DNA of 64,000 nt from Nitrosopumilus sp. (GCA_965207445.1 CBDBLX010000002.1:1367849-1431848); one strand, 5' to 3'. Shown: positions 10,987 to 22,462, counted from the stretch's first letter. The notes: generated from the sequence alone by a model not told the origin. Numbers and translations are program-made.

Positions 10987-11504
10987 TTTTAGTATTATAG
11001 TGATGCTCATAAATTCTGACGCCGTGAAAAAGTCACGCAATACGACTTTTAGCAGACATCTTTACGTGAGAATACTCTGATTCAGATTTGCCGTATTTTT
11101 TAAGGATAAAATATCAAAAAATTGTGGTGTTCGTACTCTCTATGATGCATGTGTGCGCTTAACAGTGGTCGTTCAGTGCGGCGCCTGCAGTGTCACCACC
11201 ACCACCAAAATCATGTGACGACTTTATTCTATGTAAAGTAATTCAGATCCGACTTGACCTCATTATACACTATTCAAGACTGCTTAGGAAAAAATTCACT
11301 TGGTTTGAAGATGCTCAAGTTATTTAATCATAGTAGAAAAAATAAAAACACACCATAGCAACCATAACTGGACTTTATCATCACACACCACAAATCCTGC
11401 ACTTTTTATGTTTTTTAGATGATGCACGAGGGCAATGATGGTATTGCTATCGATACACGCTTTAATGCAAAAAGACCGTCCAATCATACACACACACATT
11501 ATTG

Positions 11505-13136
11505 TTATCGTTTGCCAACAGTAATAGTACTATTACCCACTACCACACTGCCATACGATTTGGTAATCACACTTGTAGATGATGCACTAGGACTATAATC
11601 TATCACAATACTATTGGAAACCCTCAACAATTCTTGGTTGATTATTTTTGTAGCATCAACATCAAAGATACGATTAATCGTATCATCATATTTCCAATGA
11701 CTATGTATTTCCCCTTGCATAAAATACAGACAAGTTCTTGCTTGTGGTAGTGCTGCATTTGTATTGTATTTACTTGCTAGAGTCCATGTCATGAGTGGTC
11801 CGTGATTTGGATTATTGGTGGCCTTGAGTGCCCAATAAAATTTTACACCATCAACATTAACTGTATGATCAAGCTTGTTGTGTTGTATAGTCTCAGAATC
11901 ATGTATGGTAAATGGTTGATTCTTATTAACAGCAGTATCTACAGATATGGTTGTAGTTATGGTAGGCTTTGATAATGTTTTAACAATTTCAGCTATCTTT
12001 TGCCTCCCTGCATCAGGTGTAAAACAGTGGCATCCTCTATTACTAGCATATGCACATTGCCCTGACATATCCACCCTATATACAGCTCCTGCATCATAGT
12101 GTTCTACTGGCACACTAACACTCAGACCAACCCTGTCATTTGGCATATTAATTGGTGTGCTGTGTAATTTTAAATCAACTGCAATATTATAATTGGCAGG
12201 ATTCGTGATCCTCCATCCCAATAACCATGTATTGCCTTTGTATACTTTGAGATTTAATGGATTTACATCCACATCTATACCAGTACCTAAACTATTTGCT
12301 AAAACATTACAGTCGCCCAAAGTAGAGCGTTGTCCAGGTATTAAGCCATGTTCACTTTCCCATATTACATATTTTCTACTCTCTCCACTATCATGATGAG
12401 ACCATCCTCCATCATAATTATAATCAGATGTAGGCTCATCACCATTTGGAAATGTGATTTTGCGCGGATTCTCTGTAATCAAAACCACATATTTGATATG
12501 ATTATGGCCGCTTTCACATGATCCCCGTGTAGCATGGTATAACTCAAGTGTTCGATCCGATGTTATTTCCTGCCTGCCACCATCTATGGTCATAAGGGTT
12601 AGTTGTCCATATACATTGCTTTGTCCAATTCCACTGCCCACATCTTGTGCTAGATGGCGTAACAAATGAATATCAGTATCAATATCAAATATGATGCCCT
12701 GTGATGTTATACCTTTGTAATTGTATTTTGTATCACTGTTTGTAATATTGATAGTTGAGAGTAAATATGCATGTATGCCATGTGGTATTTCACCTATGAT
12801 ACTAGTAGACAAATTTAGAGTCTGTAAAGGTGGCACAACTACATTTGCAATATCCCAACTATCTATGAGTGTATTATTTTCATATACGCGCAGCTGTATT
12901 AGTTTGGCAGGACCATTGGGATTATTGTTTGAAATTAAAATATGTGCTATTGTATTATTATCATTATTACCATACAGTTCGGCTTTGATCAGATTGGGCG
13001 TATTGGCATGTGCTGTGCGTTGTAGTGCTTGCTGTTGTAATGTGGCTAGTTCTGATTGTGATTCAATAACAGCATACATACCACCTAGACTCAGAGATAT
13101 TAAAGCCACAAAACCTATTACTATAATTGGATTCAT
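11505..13136 (-). CDS. Secreted or pilin-like surface protein (possible minor pilin or adhesin)
   Basis: N-terminal hydrophobic helix, amphipathic helix, then beta-rich domains; 543 aa. Confidence 0.6.
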   Translation of the reverse strand: MNPIIVIGFVALISLSLGGMYAVIESQSELATLQQQALQRTAHANTPNLIKAELYGNNDNNTIAHILISNNNPNGPAKLIQLRVYENNTLIDSWDIANVVVPPLQTLNLSTSIIGEIPHGIHAYLLSTINITNSDTKYNYKGITSQGIIFDIDTDIHLLRHLAQDVGSGIGQSNVYGQLTLMTIDGGRQEITSDRTLELYHATRGSCESGHNHIKYVVLITENPRKITFPNGDEPTSDYNYDGGWSHHDSGESRKYVIWESEHGLIPGQRSTLGDCNVLANSLGTGIDVDVNPLNLKVYKGNTWLLGWRITNPANYNIAVDLKLHSTPINMPNDRVGLSVSVPVEHYDAGAVYRVDMSGQCAYASNRGCHCFTPDAGRQKIAEIVKTLSKPTITTTISVDTAVNKNQPFTIHDSETIQHNKLDHTVNVDGVKFYWALKATNNPNHGPLMTWTLASKYNTNAALPQARTCLYFMQGEIHSHWKYDDTINRIFDVDATKIINQELLRVSNSIVIDYSPSASSTSVITKSYGSVVVGNSTITVGKR

Positions 13137-13251
13137 TTCTACATATATGATAGTAACATGTTTATCTTAAGTCTATCTATTTTATAGAATATTCTATTAT
13201 TGTTATAATATTACCATATTCTTATGTATACTATAATAGTATATGTTGTTT

Positions 13252-13980
13252 TTAATTATAATACAAATTATACCTTTTGATCAGTTTGTACTCGTAGAGG
13301 ATTTCAGGCTCATAATGAAAACTAAATGGATCATACATTAAACTATACGTTGGAAATGCCAAGTTAGATGTAATACTCGTATAAGATCGTTTGATGGCAT
13401 TGTACTCTAATGTGGCATTTACTATTGGTTGTTGTTGTTGTTGCTGCTGCTGAGACATATCATACACCCTAGTCAGCGAACTAATCACTAGTGGAGTCTT
13501 GTAATAATAGGTCTGAATGTCATCCCAATGAGCACCCACACGCAACCTTTTCTCACCGTATTTTGATAAATCCAAAATGGTATTTTGTATACTCGAGGCT
13601 CTATTAATATCCCAACTGTTTGCAGCATGTATGATAGTTTCATCATAAAACATTACAGTATTAACACCATCAAATGACACTTCTACGACCCAGACTGATG
13701 AGCCGTATGCATGGTGTATGCCTATAGTCTTGTATATGAAATGCATCTGCAATGTATAGCATTTTTGTGGATGAATATACCGTATGGCATCTATACTATT
13801 GCATATATGATACTCGTATACGTCACCGGGCCGTATATTTTGACCTGTTTGCCATGTGATATATCGTTTGGATTCTGGCTCTAATTTGGCTACACCACTA
13901 TCTACAGTACTTGTTATAATCACAATAATAGCTAAAAATATACATACCATAACATATGATTGCAACAAAGATCTCAACAC
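13252..13980 (-). CDS. Secreted hypothetical protein
   Basis: Signal-like N-terminus; WQTGQNIRPGDVYEYHIC motif; poly-Q insert. Confidence 0.65.
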   Translation of the reverse strand: MLRSLLQSYVMVCIFLAIIVIITSTVDSGVAKLEPESKRYITWQTGQNIRPGDVYEYHICNSIDAIRYIHPQKCYTLQMHFIYKTIGIHHAYGSSVWVVEVSFDGVNTVMFYDETIIHAANSWDINRASSIQNTILDLSKYGEKRLRVGAHWDDIQTYYYKTPLVISSLTRVYDMSQQQQQQQQPIVNATLEYNAIKRSYTSITSNLAFPTYSLMYDPFSFHYEPEILYEYKLIKRYNLYYN

Positions 13981-14326
13981 TTGTAATGCACCTTTTAAAT
14001 AAAAGACACCTTTGTGAGTATGTTAGATAGTGAAAAAAAGTATCGTAATGCCAAAGAGTGTGATGTATGTAGGGCCTGCTGTAATATGCAAAGCATTGTG
14101 CCACATTTTCATTGTACCATATGCGGCAACAAGTGGTAGAAATCCTTTGTAATTAAGAATACATGTACGGTGACAGGTATACCATCAAAGCAAAAAAAAT
14201 AGAGTTATGTATGAGTGGACACTTGTAATACAAACGGATTAAAACACACGATATGGCATTACAACGAATCAATCATTATTATTATTATATCAAAAAAAAA
14301 AATAAAAAAAATAACGCCGTGTACTG

Positions 14327-14692
14327 TTATTTTTTTGTGTTGGTGGTGTTGGTAGTGCGACGTATTGTCTGTTCAACATCATTCTGATCGACGTATTTTG
14401 TGTATAGTAATTTGCGATCCTTATCTGTGACAATCTGTGTATTATGGCATGTTGCACACATTATGGTACCGCGCTCTACTATCTTGCGTTGAGGTCTCCA
14501 TACTTTACCACAGTCACACGACATACCATAGATCTTTGCTGGTATTACCACATCTTTTGCAGCACTACCACAACTCTTGCAGATGGGATCAGGATTCCTA
14601 CCATACTTGGATTTCTTGGTATCCCATAGACTGCCGCAATTTTTGCAAACATATCCATTGATCAAAACATGTTTGATTGGTGTTCTCACCAT
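14327..14692 (-). CDS. Multi zinc-ribbon protein
   Basis: CKNC, CKSC, CDC and CATC pairs. Confidence 0.7.
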   Translation of the reverse strand: MVRTPIKHVLINGYVCKNCGSLWDTKKSKYGRNPDPICKSCGSAAKDVVIPAKIYGMSCDCGKVWRPQRKIVERGTIMCATCHNTQIVTDKDRKLLYTKYVDQNDVEQTIRRTTNTTNTKK

Positions 14693-14857
14693 GAATATAA
14701 TAAAACTTATTATTATATAAGTATTATTATTTCTAATATTATTTGTGTTTTTTAAAAATATTAAAAATATAAAAAATAATTTAGTTGTTTATTTAAAATT
14801 TTATTTTTATTAGTAATCAGTAAAAGAAAAAGAAGAAGAAAAAAGAAAGAGATAATG

Positions 14858-15073
14858 CTATGCGTTTGAATTTACATTATCCTCAAATACTTTATTGCAG
14901 TCGTTGCAAAACATATGTGTGTCATCATGAACTGTGATGTTGCGGCTTTTGCATCCACTATTGGGACACTCTGCTAGACCAATTACCACAGGGTTGACAC
15001 CTCTTTGTATGATATCATTACAAACAGATGTGGCATTGCTTAAAAGACTAAAACTTTTTTGTGATTTTGGCAT
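14858..15073 (-). CDS. Small zinc-ribbon protein
   Basis: CPNSGC...FCNDCNKVF. Confidence 0.6.
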   Translation of the reverse strand: MPKSQKSFSLLSNATSVCNDIIQRGVNPVVIGLAECPNSGCKSRNITVHDDTHMFCNDCNKVFEDNVNSNA

Positions 15074-15157
15074 ATTTTAAATTAAAAATAAACAACTAGT
15101 GACAAGTGTGATTATACCTGAGATCATTCTCTAATAATAGACACGCAAAGTGCAGAG

Positions 15158-15559
15158 TCATAGTATGGCAGATGGTTCTATCATACCTCGATCTTTTAGT
15201 ATTTTACGTACTGTATTAATTGACCATGCATACTGTATATGGACACAAAAATTCTCATCACAATATTCGCACCATGCCTTGTTATCCTTAAAATATACAG
15301 ACACAATACGACCCACGCGATCCAGTTTATTGTCTAAAATTTTGACATGATCATCGTGCATATTCACATGCTCAAATCGTTTACGTGACTCTTTTTCTAA
15401 TTTTTCTTTTATAGCCGCATCAACAAATTGTGCCGAATTATTAATCCCTGCCGTATTCATTTTAGTTGTTTTGATGATGGCATCTACTTCATTCATTAAA
15501 CCCTCTTTGATATTTACAGTCTTCCAACCTGTGGGCATATCATATGTTAAATATAGCAT
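15158..15559 (-). CDS. Ribbon-helix-helix regulator with C-terminal zinc finger
   Basis: WKTVNIKEGLMNEVD...AQFVDAAIKEKLE (RHH) and WCEYCDENFCVH. Confidence 0.75.
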   Translation of the reverse strand: MLYLTYDMPTGWKTVNIKEGLMNEVDAIIKTTKMNTAGINNSAQFVDAAIKEKLEKESRKRFEHVNMHDDHVKILDNKLDRVGRIVSVYFKDNKAWCEYCDENFCVHIQYAWSINTVRKILKDRGMIEPSAIL

Positions 15560-15580
15560 ATTGATTAATCTTTTCTTATA

Positions 15581-17152
15581 CTAACATCCAGACCTCTGTG
15601 CCCACTCATCATCACCAAAATTAGATGCACGACACTCTTTTGTGTTGAGTTGTACTAGTCCTTTGGATAGTAATAACTCATTTAGTGGTATAGGAGGTCC
15701 TGCTTGCACAGGGGTGCCATAGCCGATACACCATGCCAAAACAGCCTTGTCTGTGTCAGTGTTTTGGATGCGTCTACCATTATCAATATCATATATGATG
15801 GATGTGCCCTGGGGGCATGATTTTCTAGTGTATGATGTGGCTTGCTCATACAAACGGTCACCTGGTTGCGGTCCATTTACAAGTGTCAGATGTAATATGA
15901 CGTTGTTTTCTATCTGTATGGTATCAGAGTGTATTACTCGGATAATTGTGCTGGTGGTAGCAGTATCATAATTGATGGGTCGTGGGATGGGTTTGAGTGT
16001 TGTTGTTGTTGTTGTGGTTGGTGGTGGTGATGATGATGGTGGTGATGAGGTGATGTTGGTGGTGATACTAGTAGGTGCAGGTGGTAAAGTGGGTGGCAAA
16101 GGTGGTTGTTGTTGTGACGGTGACGGTGACGGTGTATCATCTGACAATGTAATTTGAGGATCTGCTTTTGGTGACACATCTGATAGTGCTACCGGTTCTA
16201 TCATTATAGTAGTTGGGATTTCATCTAATACACCACCTTTTTTACTATTATTAGGCAACAATGGATCAGGTACACTTCCAGGAAACATTTTCTCTATCTG
16301 TAATATCTCTTGTTGTCTGTTCTCTATAGTACTATCTAATCCGGGAGGTCCATACACACACTCTAAACTAGTAGCTCTTATCCACCATCCATCTAGCCAT
16401 CCATAGGGTTTCATACACTCTAATCCACGTTTTGTATAATTTGCAAAACCATCGGCATACCCATCCCCATCATGGTCCTCCCACCCATCACCCAAATCAT
16501 TACCATTCTCATCATACTTGCACGGCTTTAATGAAAATCCCATTGCTACTGCCTCATTCTCATCAAAGATACGTAGCCAATCCGGTGAATTACCATACAA
16601 CTGATTAGAGCGCGGTATGCCTGTTGCGAATCCAAACATCATTCTAGCCTCCTCACCTTTTGAATTGACATTAATAGAACAGGGAGGGGCTTTTGCATAA
16701 TAATGATAGATGGATTTTTTGGTGCCATTTGATACGTGCAAAAAGTACTCTACTTTTCCATTTACCACATATTCTTCTGGTAAAGGTTCTGGTGGTTTTA
16801 TTATGGTGCCATCGATCGTTACAATGGCATCATTATAATTGTCAATATTACTATCACCCACATCAATCTCACTAGATGTTATTGGTTTGATTTCAAACTC
16901 AACATATGTATTCTCAGGTATGGGTGGTGGTAGTAAATTTTCCTGTATGTTATTATCACCTATCAACCCTATCATAATCATATTATGCACACCATCAACA
17001 CCATCCAACATAATATCAAAGCCAGTTTGCATCATTCCCAACACACCATATGACATATCCCCATGTATCATACCCACAAATAGTGCAAACACAACCATAC
17101 CTACAATCGCACTCATTGCAGATATCACAATTCTCTTACTTGTAGTACTCAA
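15581..17152 (-). CDS. Membrane-anchored protein with Pro/Thr linker and a degenerate C-terminal thermonuclease (SNase-like) domain
   Basis: N-terminal TM; C-terminal IIRVIHSDTI..LTLVNGPQ..EQATSYTRKSCPQG..LNELLLSKGL..EWAQRSGC. Confidence 0.7.
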   Translation of the reverse strand: MSTTSKRIVISAMSAIVGMVVFALFVGMIHGDMSYGVLGMMQTGFDIMLDGVDGVHNMIMIGLIGDNNIQENLLPPPIPENTYVEFEIKPITSSEIDVGDSNIDNYNDAIVTIDGTIIKPPEPLPEEYVVNGKVEYFLHVSNGTKKSIYHYYAKAPPCSINVNSKGEEARMMFGFATGIPRSNQLYGNSPDWLRIFDENEAVAMGFSLKPCKYDENGNDLGDGWEDHDGDGYADGFANYTKRGLECMKPYGWLDGWWIRATSLECVYGPPGLDSTIENRQQEILQIEKMFPGSVPDPLLPNNSKKGGVLDEIPTTIMIEPVALSDVSPKADPQITLSDDTPSPSPSQQQPPLPPTLPPAPTSITTNITSSPPSSSPPPTTTTTTTLKPIPRPINYDTATTSTIIRVIHSDTIQIENNVILHLTLVNGPQPGDRLYEQATSYTRKSCPQGTSIIYDIDNGRRIQNTDTDKAVLAWCIGYGTPVQAGPPIPLNELLLSKGLVQLNTKECRASNFGDDEWAQRSGC

Positions 17153-17225
17153 CTAAAAATAATAATAATAAAATACATTTAAACCTTTTATTTTTATATT
17201 TAGCTTAAAAAATGCACTATTATTT

Positions 17226-18173
17226 TTAGCGTCGGCGTAATATGAATTGCAAGCGTCGGCGTAATAATATGATCTGTTTTTTATCGTCTTTTTGATTTAT
17301 AGTTGTAATAATCAAAGTTCTACTGCCCTCTCGTTCTGGTCTGATGTGTAGTACAATAACACCTTCTGTAGATGTACGTAGCGTATCAAACAGTTCGTCA
17401 TCTAAATAGCACTGTACTAGTATATTGGGCATTATAGTACCATCTCCTTTATGTAGTGTCATGCGAATTGATTTTAATTCATCCAAGTCGGCACATACTA
17501 TTTCTTGTGTATGTTCTATGATTGACTGTACGTTATCACTACTACTGCTGCTGCTACTGATGCCATTTTTATCATCATTTATAGAAGAAGAAGAAAACAA
17601 CACATGCAGTAAATGTCGTGGAAATCCCAAAATTTGAGATTTTTCTTTTTCTTCTTTTTTGTAATGTTTCTTGTGCAATTTCATTGGTTTTTTATCTATT
17701 TTTTTGCTTAGCATTTGTCGTATCATTAATCGCATTATAGATATCATAACACTATCTGCTGTACCATACGCAGGCTTTACAATTGCTAGACAAAATCCAA
17801 TCAAAAGCGGAATAAATGATATGCAAACTACAAGCCAATCCAAAGTTATGTCCATATTCTTTGGCACCATTGTACTATACATCATACCAGTGATAATAGC
17901 GCCTACAACTATAACTGCAATATTGCGCATAGACATGAATCCAAAGGGTGTTGTAAGGGCAGGCTCATCAATGCTAGTATAGTCTCTGAATATCAAAACT
18001 TCTGTAGGTTGCACATATAACAAAAATGGATTTACATAAAAAGCAATATAAAGTGAAAATGGTCTCAGAGATTCAGAGCCTATTAAATACATCATAGGAG
18101 GAGATAATGTAGAGTGTCCACCTCCACACCCCTCAGATTTTTTACCGATCATCATCTTTTCTACTATTTTCAC
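17226..18173 (-). CDS. PrgI/VirB3-like two-TM conjugation protein with a C-terminal beta domain
   Basis: IFRDYTSIDEP..PFGFMSMRN followed by two TM helices; next to the VirB6-like gene; the true start is probably downstream. Confidence 0.5.
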   Translation of the reverse strand: MKIVEKMMIGKKSEGCGGGHSTLSPPMMYLIGSESLRPFSLYIAFYVNPFLLYVQPTEVLIFRDYTSIDEPALTTPFGFMSMRNIAVIVVGAIITGMMYSTMVPKNMDITLDWLVVCISFIPLLIGFCLAIVKPAYGTADSVMISIMRLMIRQMLSKKIDKKPMKLHKKHYKKEEKEKSQILGFPRHLLHVLFSSSSINDDKNGISSSSSSSDNVQSIIEHTQEIVCADLDELKSIRMTLHKGDGTIMPNILVQCYLDDELFDTLRTSTEGVIVLHIRPEREGSRTLIITTINQKDDKKQIILLRRRLQFILRRR

Positions 18174-18305
18174 AGTATTATATCATAAAAAGATTTATAT
18201 AATATTTGTAATAAAATATTATTAATTATTAATGATAAAAGTGTGAAAAATGTGAGGGGTGATGGGGTGGTAGTGAGTGAGTGGTGAGTGAGTGTAAAAA
18301 GTGGG

Positions 18306-19985
18306 TCAATGTCTTTCATGATTTATGTTATTATCGGCCTTGTTATTTCCATGGTCATCATCAGCACCTGTTTTACTCTTTTTATTTAGCAAACCACTCT
18401 GTTGTATATCACTGAGTTGTTGCTGCCCACTATGTATTCCACCTGTCACTTCAGCAGGCATTGCCCCTATCATACTATTCCCCATACCTAAACCCATCCC
18501 CTTTAGCATAGCCAAAGGACCGTGGCCTTGCGTATTAGTAGCTCCGGCTAGTGCACCTGCCCCCATGCCCATTCCCATCTGCATTGACATCATACTAGTA
18601 CTAGTAATGGCACTACGTAATGCACCTGATACTTCACTAGATGCTCTACCCACTATTGGTACTAGTGTAGCAGGCCAAGCAACAGCTAACGATATTATGG
18701 CTATAACTGTCATCCATTCCTCTATGGATGGTATGGGGGTATTTGATACATATGTCCATCCTATGAACAGTGTTAATGCAGTAAGAAATGGCGCCAATGA
18801 TGCGCCTAATAACCCATCTACATACTGTTTAGCATGTGATTTGACATATGGTATTAGCATTAACAAAATCCATACTGGTAAAGATATTAGCATAAAGTCA
18901 ATAAAGAATATTCTTATGACATTAATAGCAAATATGCCTATACTAATTGTAAGGGCAGGCGTCATCATGAAAAATGGCAATAGTATTTCACCTAGCAGAG
19001 TTTGACCAAAGTCAGCAGGATTAGCCAACGCTGTTGCCCATGATACTGGATTCAATAGACCTGCAAAGTCAAATATACATCCACTTGCAGCACCTAGCTT
19101 ACACCATAACCCATCTATGGTTGCCTGAGGTTGTTCTGTTATTGGGTCTAAGACCAATACTGCAAAATCAGTCATCAAAATTGCAAAGATATCCCATATT
19201 TCGGGCATTATCCATATTATTGCAATACCAAATACCGAATGCTTGAACATTGAGATGGCAGTACCTGGACGTACCAATTGTAATCCTTTTTCCCAAAAGT
19301 GTAGTGCAATTGTGAATATTATAACTAGTACAAGTATACTAGTGACTGGATATGCAAAATATCTATACATTGTATATTTACTGCTCTCTTGCTCATACCA
19401 TCCTATATCCTGTAATTGTTGATTTATCTCATTTTGCCTAATTTTGATCACTTTTACTCTATCATTATTACTACTACTACTACTGCTACTGCTAATATGA
19501 TCTTGCTCAGATGGCGCAAATACACTGCCGCGCTTTGTAGGCTCTCCTGCAATTTTGATCAATTCTGCATCTAGTATTTTACGCTCATCGATTAGTGGTG
19601 CAGCTTGTCTATTAACCTCATCGGATATTATTGATATACGTTTTCCATCTTTATCATAGACGTGTATTGTTGGTATGGTTGTAATGGCATCTAGTAATGA
19701 ATGTTGTATCATGCCTGTAAATAGAGCCATTATACTCACAAATACTACAAAGCCCATTAATGTCAGACCTAACATGATCGGACCTGTTAAGATAAATCCA
19801 GGTCTGCCTTTTTGTGTGATTTTGCGCTTTTTATGGTACTGGCATTTTTTTGTTATTGTAATTGTAGGGGTGGTTGTAGTGCGTGGAGATATAGTGATGT
19901 GTGGAACTATGGTATGTGGAGTTGTTTTAATTACTCTAGACATTTTTTCTATAATTGTTGTTGCTATATGAGGCATTGAACACAC
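18306..19985 (-). CDS. VirB6/TrbL-like polytopic membrane protein
   Basis: Multiple TM segments and a Gly/Ala/Met-rich C-terminal tail, in a conjugation gene context. Confidence 0.65.
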   Translation of the reverse strand: MCSMPHIATTIIEKMSRVIKTTPHTIVPHITISPRTTTTPTITITKKCQYHKKRKITQKGRPGFILTGPIMLGLTLMGFVVFVSIMALFTGMIQHSLLDAITTIPTIHVYDKDGKRISIISDEVNRQAAPLIDERKILDAELIKIAGEPTKRGSVFAPSEQDHISSSSSSSSNNDRVKVIKIRQNEINQQLQDIGWYEQESSKYTMYRYFAYPVTSILVLVIIFTIALHFWEKGLQLVRPGTAISMFKHSVFGIAIIWIMPEIWDIFAILMTDFAVLVLDPITEQPQATIDGLWCKLGAASGCIFDFAGLLNPVSWATALANPADFGQTLLGEILLPFFMMTPALTISIGIFAINVIRIFFIDFMLISLPVWILLMLIPYVKSHAKQYVDGLLGASLAPFLTALTLFIGWTYVSNTPIPSIEEWMTVIAIISLAVAWPATLVPIVGRASSEVSGALRSAITSTSMMSMQMGMGMGAGALAGATNTQGHGPLAMLKGMGLGMGNSMIGAMPAEVTGGIHSGQQQLSDIQQSGLLNKKSKTGADDDHGNNKADNNINHERH

Positions 19986-20052
19986 ATATCACTATATTGA
20001 TAGTTTTAAGGCGCAAAATCTGTGGTTAAAAATAACATTTTTCTGTAATGTT

Positions 20053-20217
20053 ATGGGCGGCGACTTTTTCTGTAGAGCCAATACACAATGCAGTAAATGC
20101 AATAGCTGGACATGTAAGATCCTAGACTCGACAGATATTGCAAAATACTGGAAAGGTGGAAATACAGTTCCTGCAATATGTGCAGACTGTGGTGAAGCCA
20201 CAAATGTTAGTCGGTAG
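20053..20217 (+). CDS. Zinc-finger microprotein (54 aa, not in the ORF track)
   Basis: MGGDFFCRANTQCSKCNSWTCKILDSTDIAKYWKGGNTVPAICADCGEATNVSR*, with two CxxC pairs. Confidence 0.55.
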   Translation: MGGDFFCRANTQCSKCNSWTCKILDSTDIAKYWKGGNTVPAICADCGEATNVSR

Positions 20218-20533
20218 TAGTAGTAGTAATAATAATAAAAAAATTATTTTACATTTTAAAATTATTATAATATTTGTTATATGGTATATTTTATCATATT
20301 TTATATATCATATTAATATTAATATCATAAAATGTTTGTAAAATTATGCTCTGTTTATATTACATTTATCATAAACTATATTTTGCATATTATATTACTC
20401 TACTATTATTAAATATAATATAATATTTTAAAATAATTTCTATTTTTACCAATTAAAATATCAAAAATATCTAAAAAAATAAAAGAAATATAAAAAGAAA
20501 AGCTTTAATAGAAAGTAAAGAGTATATTATTTA

Positions 20534-22000
20534 ATGACATTAGTATTAAAAGAAGGTGAAAATTTAGAGAACAAGTACAAGGTCAAAGGGTATGGATTTG
20601 GCAGTGGCACATTATACGTTACTAGTAGGGCTCTAGTTATAGAGGGTAAGGGACAAGGCATATACTTGCATCGATGGCACAATGAAATATCTGCAGTGGA
20701 AGCTAAAGGCCGGGGGGCAATTATTGTAAGATGGCCTGAGGGGCGTACTGTGCAATCATATAAGTTTCGTGTGTGGCATGCTAGGGATATTGTAAAAGAG
20801 ATATTAAAAAAGCATAATTATTCACAGAACTTTGGTTTAGAGGGCGTTACACATGTTATGTATACTGATGCTCAAAGAGAGTCTATAATAAAGAAGAGGG
20901 TGTTATGGGGGCAAAAACAGATAGAGCGATCTGAATATATGTTAGATGAAATCATAAATGGCAAAAGAAAAAAGGGGTGGTTTGGTAAAAAGACACCTGA
21001 CACACAGCAAGGTGTTGTACTGGCAGAAAATAAATTCTATGATGATATTGAAGAGATGTTAAAAGTTGTAGATGGTGATATAAATGGCAGTGTAGATGGT
21101 GAAAATGATGATGATGATAATGATAATGATAATGATGACAGTACCACTAATGATATCACTATTAATACAAAACAACAACAAATTGCTCAAGCCAAACGCA
21201 ACATACTGATGTGGAAACAATATATCAAAGATGCACCTGATACTCCCATTTGCCGTTCCTTGTCCGTTCCAAAAAATAACTATGTAAATATGCCAATAGA
21301 AGATCACCTATGTTGGAATAATGCATGGTATGATGAATCAACAGATATGTGGTGTACATTAAATCATAGTCTGATTACAGGTAAATTAGATGGCTCTCAC
21401 CCATTTGGAGTTTTACCACAAAGCGCTAGACATTATGAAGATACACGAATTACAACAATACCATACGAGGATATACGTATGTTTCAGGGCATGCCATATG
21501 TAATTACAAGATATGATATCAAAAAAGGCATAGATGATCCAGATGATGATGATAATAAAAATGATGAAAATACCACTCTGCCCACCATTGCATTCAAAAG
21601 ATTTGCCTATGCAGAAACAAAAACAAAAAACCATCAAAAAACACTCCCAATATACATACACACACTAACAGGTGAGATGGAAAATGACGCAGTACTGCAT
21701 AAAACATGGAGAATGTTGCAATATCATATGACTACAAATTTATTTGCAACTCATGATGTACGTAAAAAAAGTATATGTTATAGGAAATTAAATTATGCCA
21801 AACATACTGGTGAACCGATGATTAAAACCCCTAGTGGCAGTTGGGTTAGTAAAAACTATTGTTTGTATATGTTTAAGCGAGGTAGTGCTAGTGAATTCGT
21901 AGAAGATGTGATGAAAAAAAGATTCCCACATATTCCTAGACCAACAGTTGATGAAATATTAGGTACATTAAGTGATGATGTGATGAAATGGGGCGAGTGA
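20534..22000 (+). CDS. Hypothetical protein with a PH/GRAM-like N-terminal domain
   Basis: LKEGE...GTLYVTSRALVIE...EISAVE pattern; AAAGCTTTAATA promoter-like motif upstream. Confidence 0.6.
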   Translation: MTLVLKEGENLENKYKVKGYGFGSGTLYVTSRALVIEGKGQGIYLHRWHNEISAVEAKGRGAIIVRWPEGRTVQSYKFRVWHARDIVKEILKKHNYSQNFGLEGVTHVMYTDAQRESIIKKRVLWGQKQIERSEYMLDEIINGKRKKGWFGKKTPDTQQGVVLAENKFYDDIEEMLKVVDGDINGSVDGENDDDDNDNDNDDSTTNDITINTKQQQIAQAKRNILMWKQYIKDAPDTPICRSLSVPKNNYVNMPIEDHLCWNNAWYDESTDMWCTLNHSLITGKLDGSHPFGVLPQSARHYEDTRITTIPYEDIRMFQGMPYVITRYDIKKGIDDPDDDDNKNDENTTLPTIAFKRFAYAETKTKNHQKTLPIYIHTLTGEMENDAVLHKTWRMLQYHMTTNLFATHDVRKKSICYRKLNYAKHTGEPMIKTPSGSWVSKNYCLYMFKRGSASEFVEDVMKKRFPHIPRPTVDEILGTLSDDVMKWGE

Positions 22001-22321
22001 GAACAACAAATAATGATATAATTTTTCAAAGTTATACAGATTGTAGATAAAGAGAATAACATACCAACATGCCCCACACACCAGTAGTTCGCAATGTGTT
22101 TTATATGATTTTATTTAAATAATCTACAATGTCGTTAAACGTTGATGATCATACTTGATCAGATCAAATAAAAAGTATAATATATTGGGAATATTCTAGT
22201 ACTTCTGATATTATATGAAAAATGATGTACTAGAACATCAATACGAATTAGGACAAGTAAATTATAAAGTTTTACGAAAACGATTCAACGATCTTGGATT
22301 AAACATATCAACCAGATATAA

Positions 22322-22391
22322 GTGTGAACCAAGCTCCGTGCCTAGAAAATCCACCAAACGCCATTTTCCACGCACAGAGCTTGGTTCACAC
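22322..22391. mobile_element. MITE family B, short variant (70 bp)
   Basis: Perfect 15 bp TIRs GTGTGAACCAAGCTC / GAGCTTGGTTCACAC; no TSD; followed by a lone family A right end (22407-22419). Confidence 0.75.
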
Positions 22392-22462
22392 CTCTGGGTT
22401 TGAGGAGGTTGAACGGTTATGGGGGCATGGTTTGTTCTAATATACATAAGGTTACATATAGA

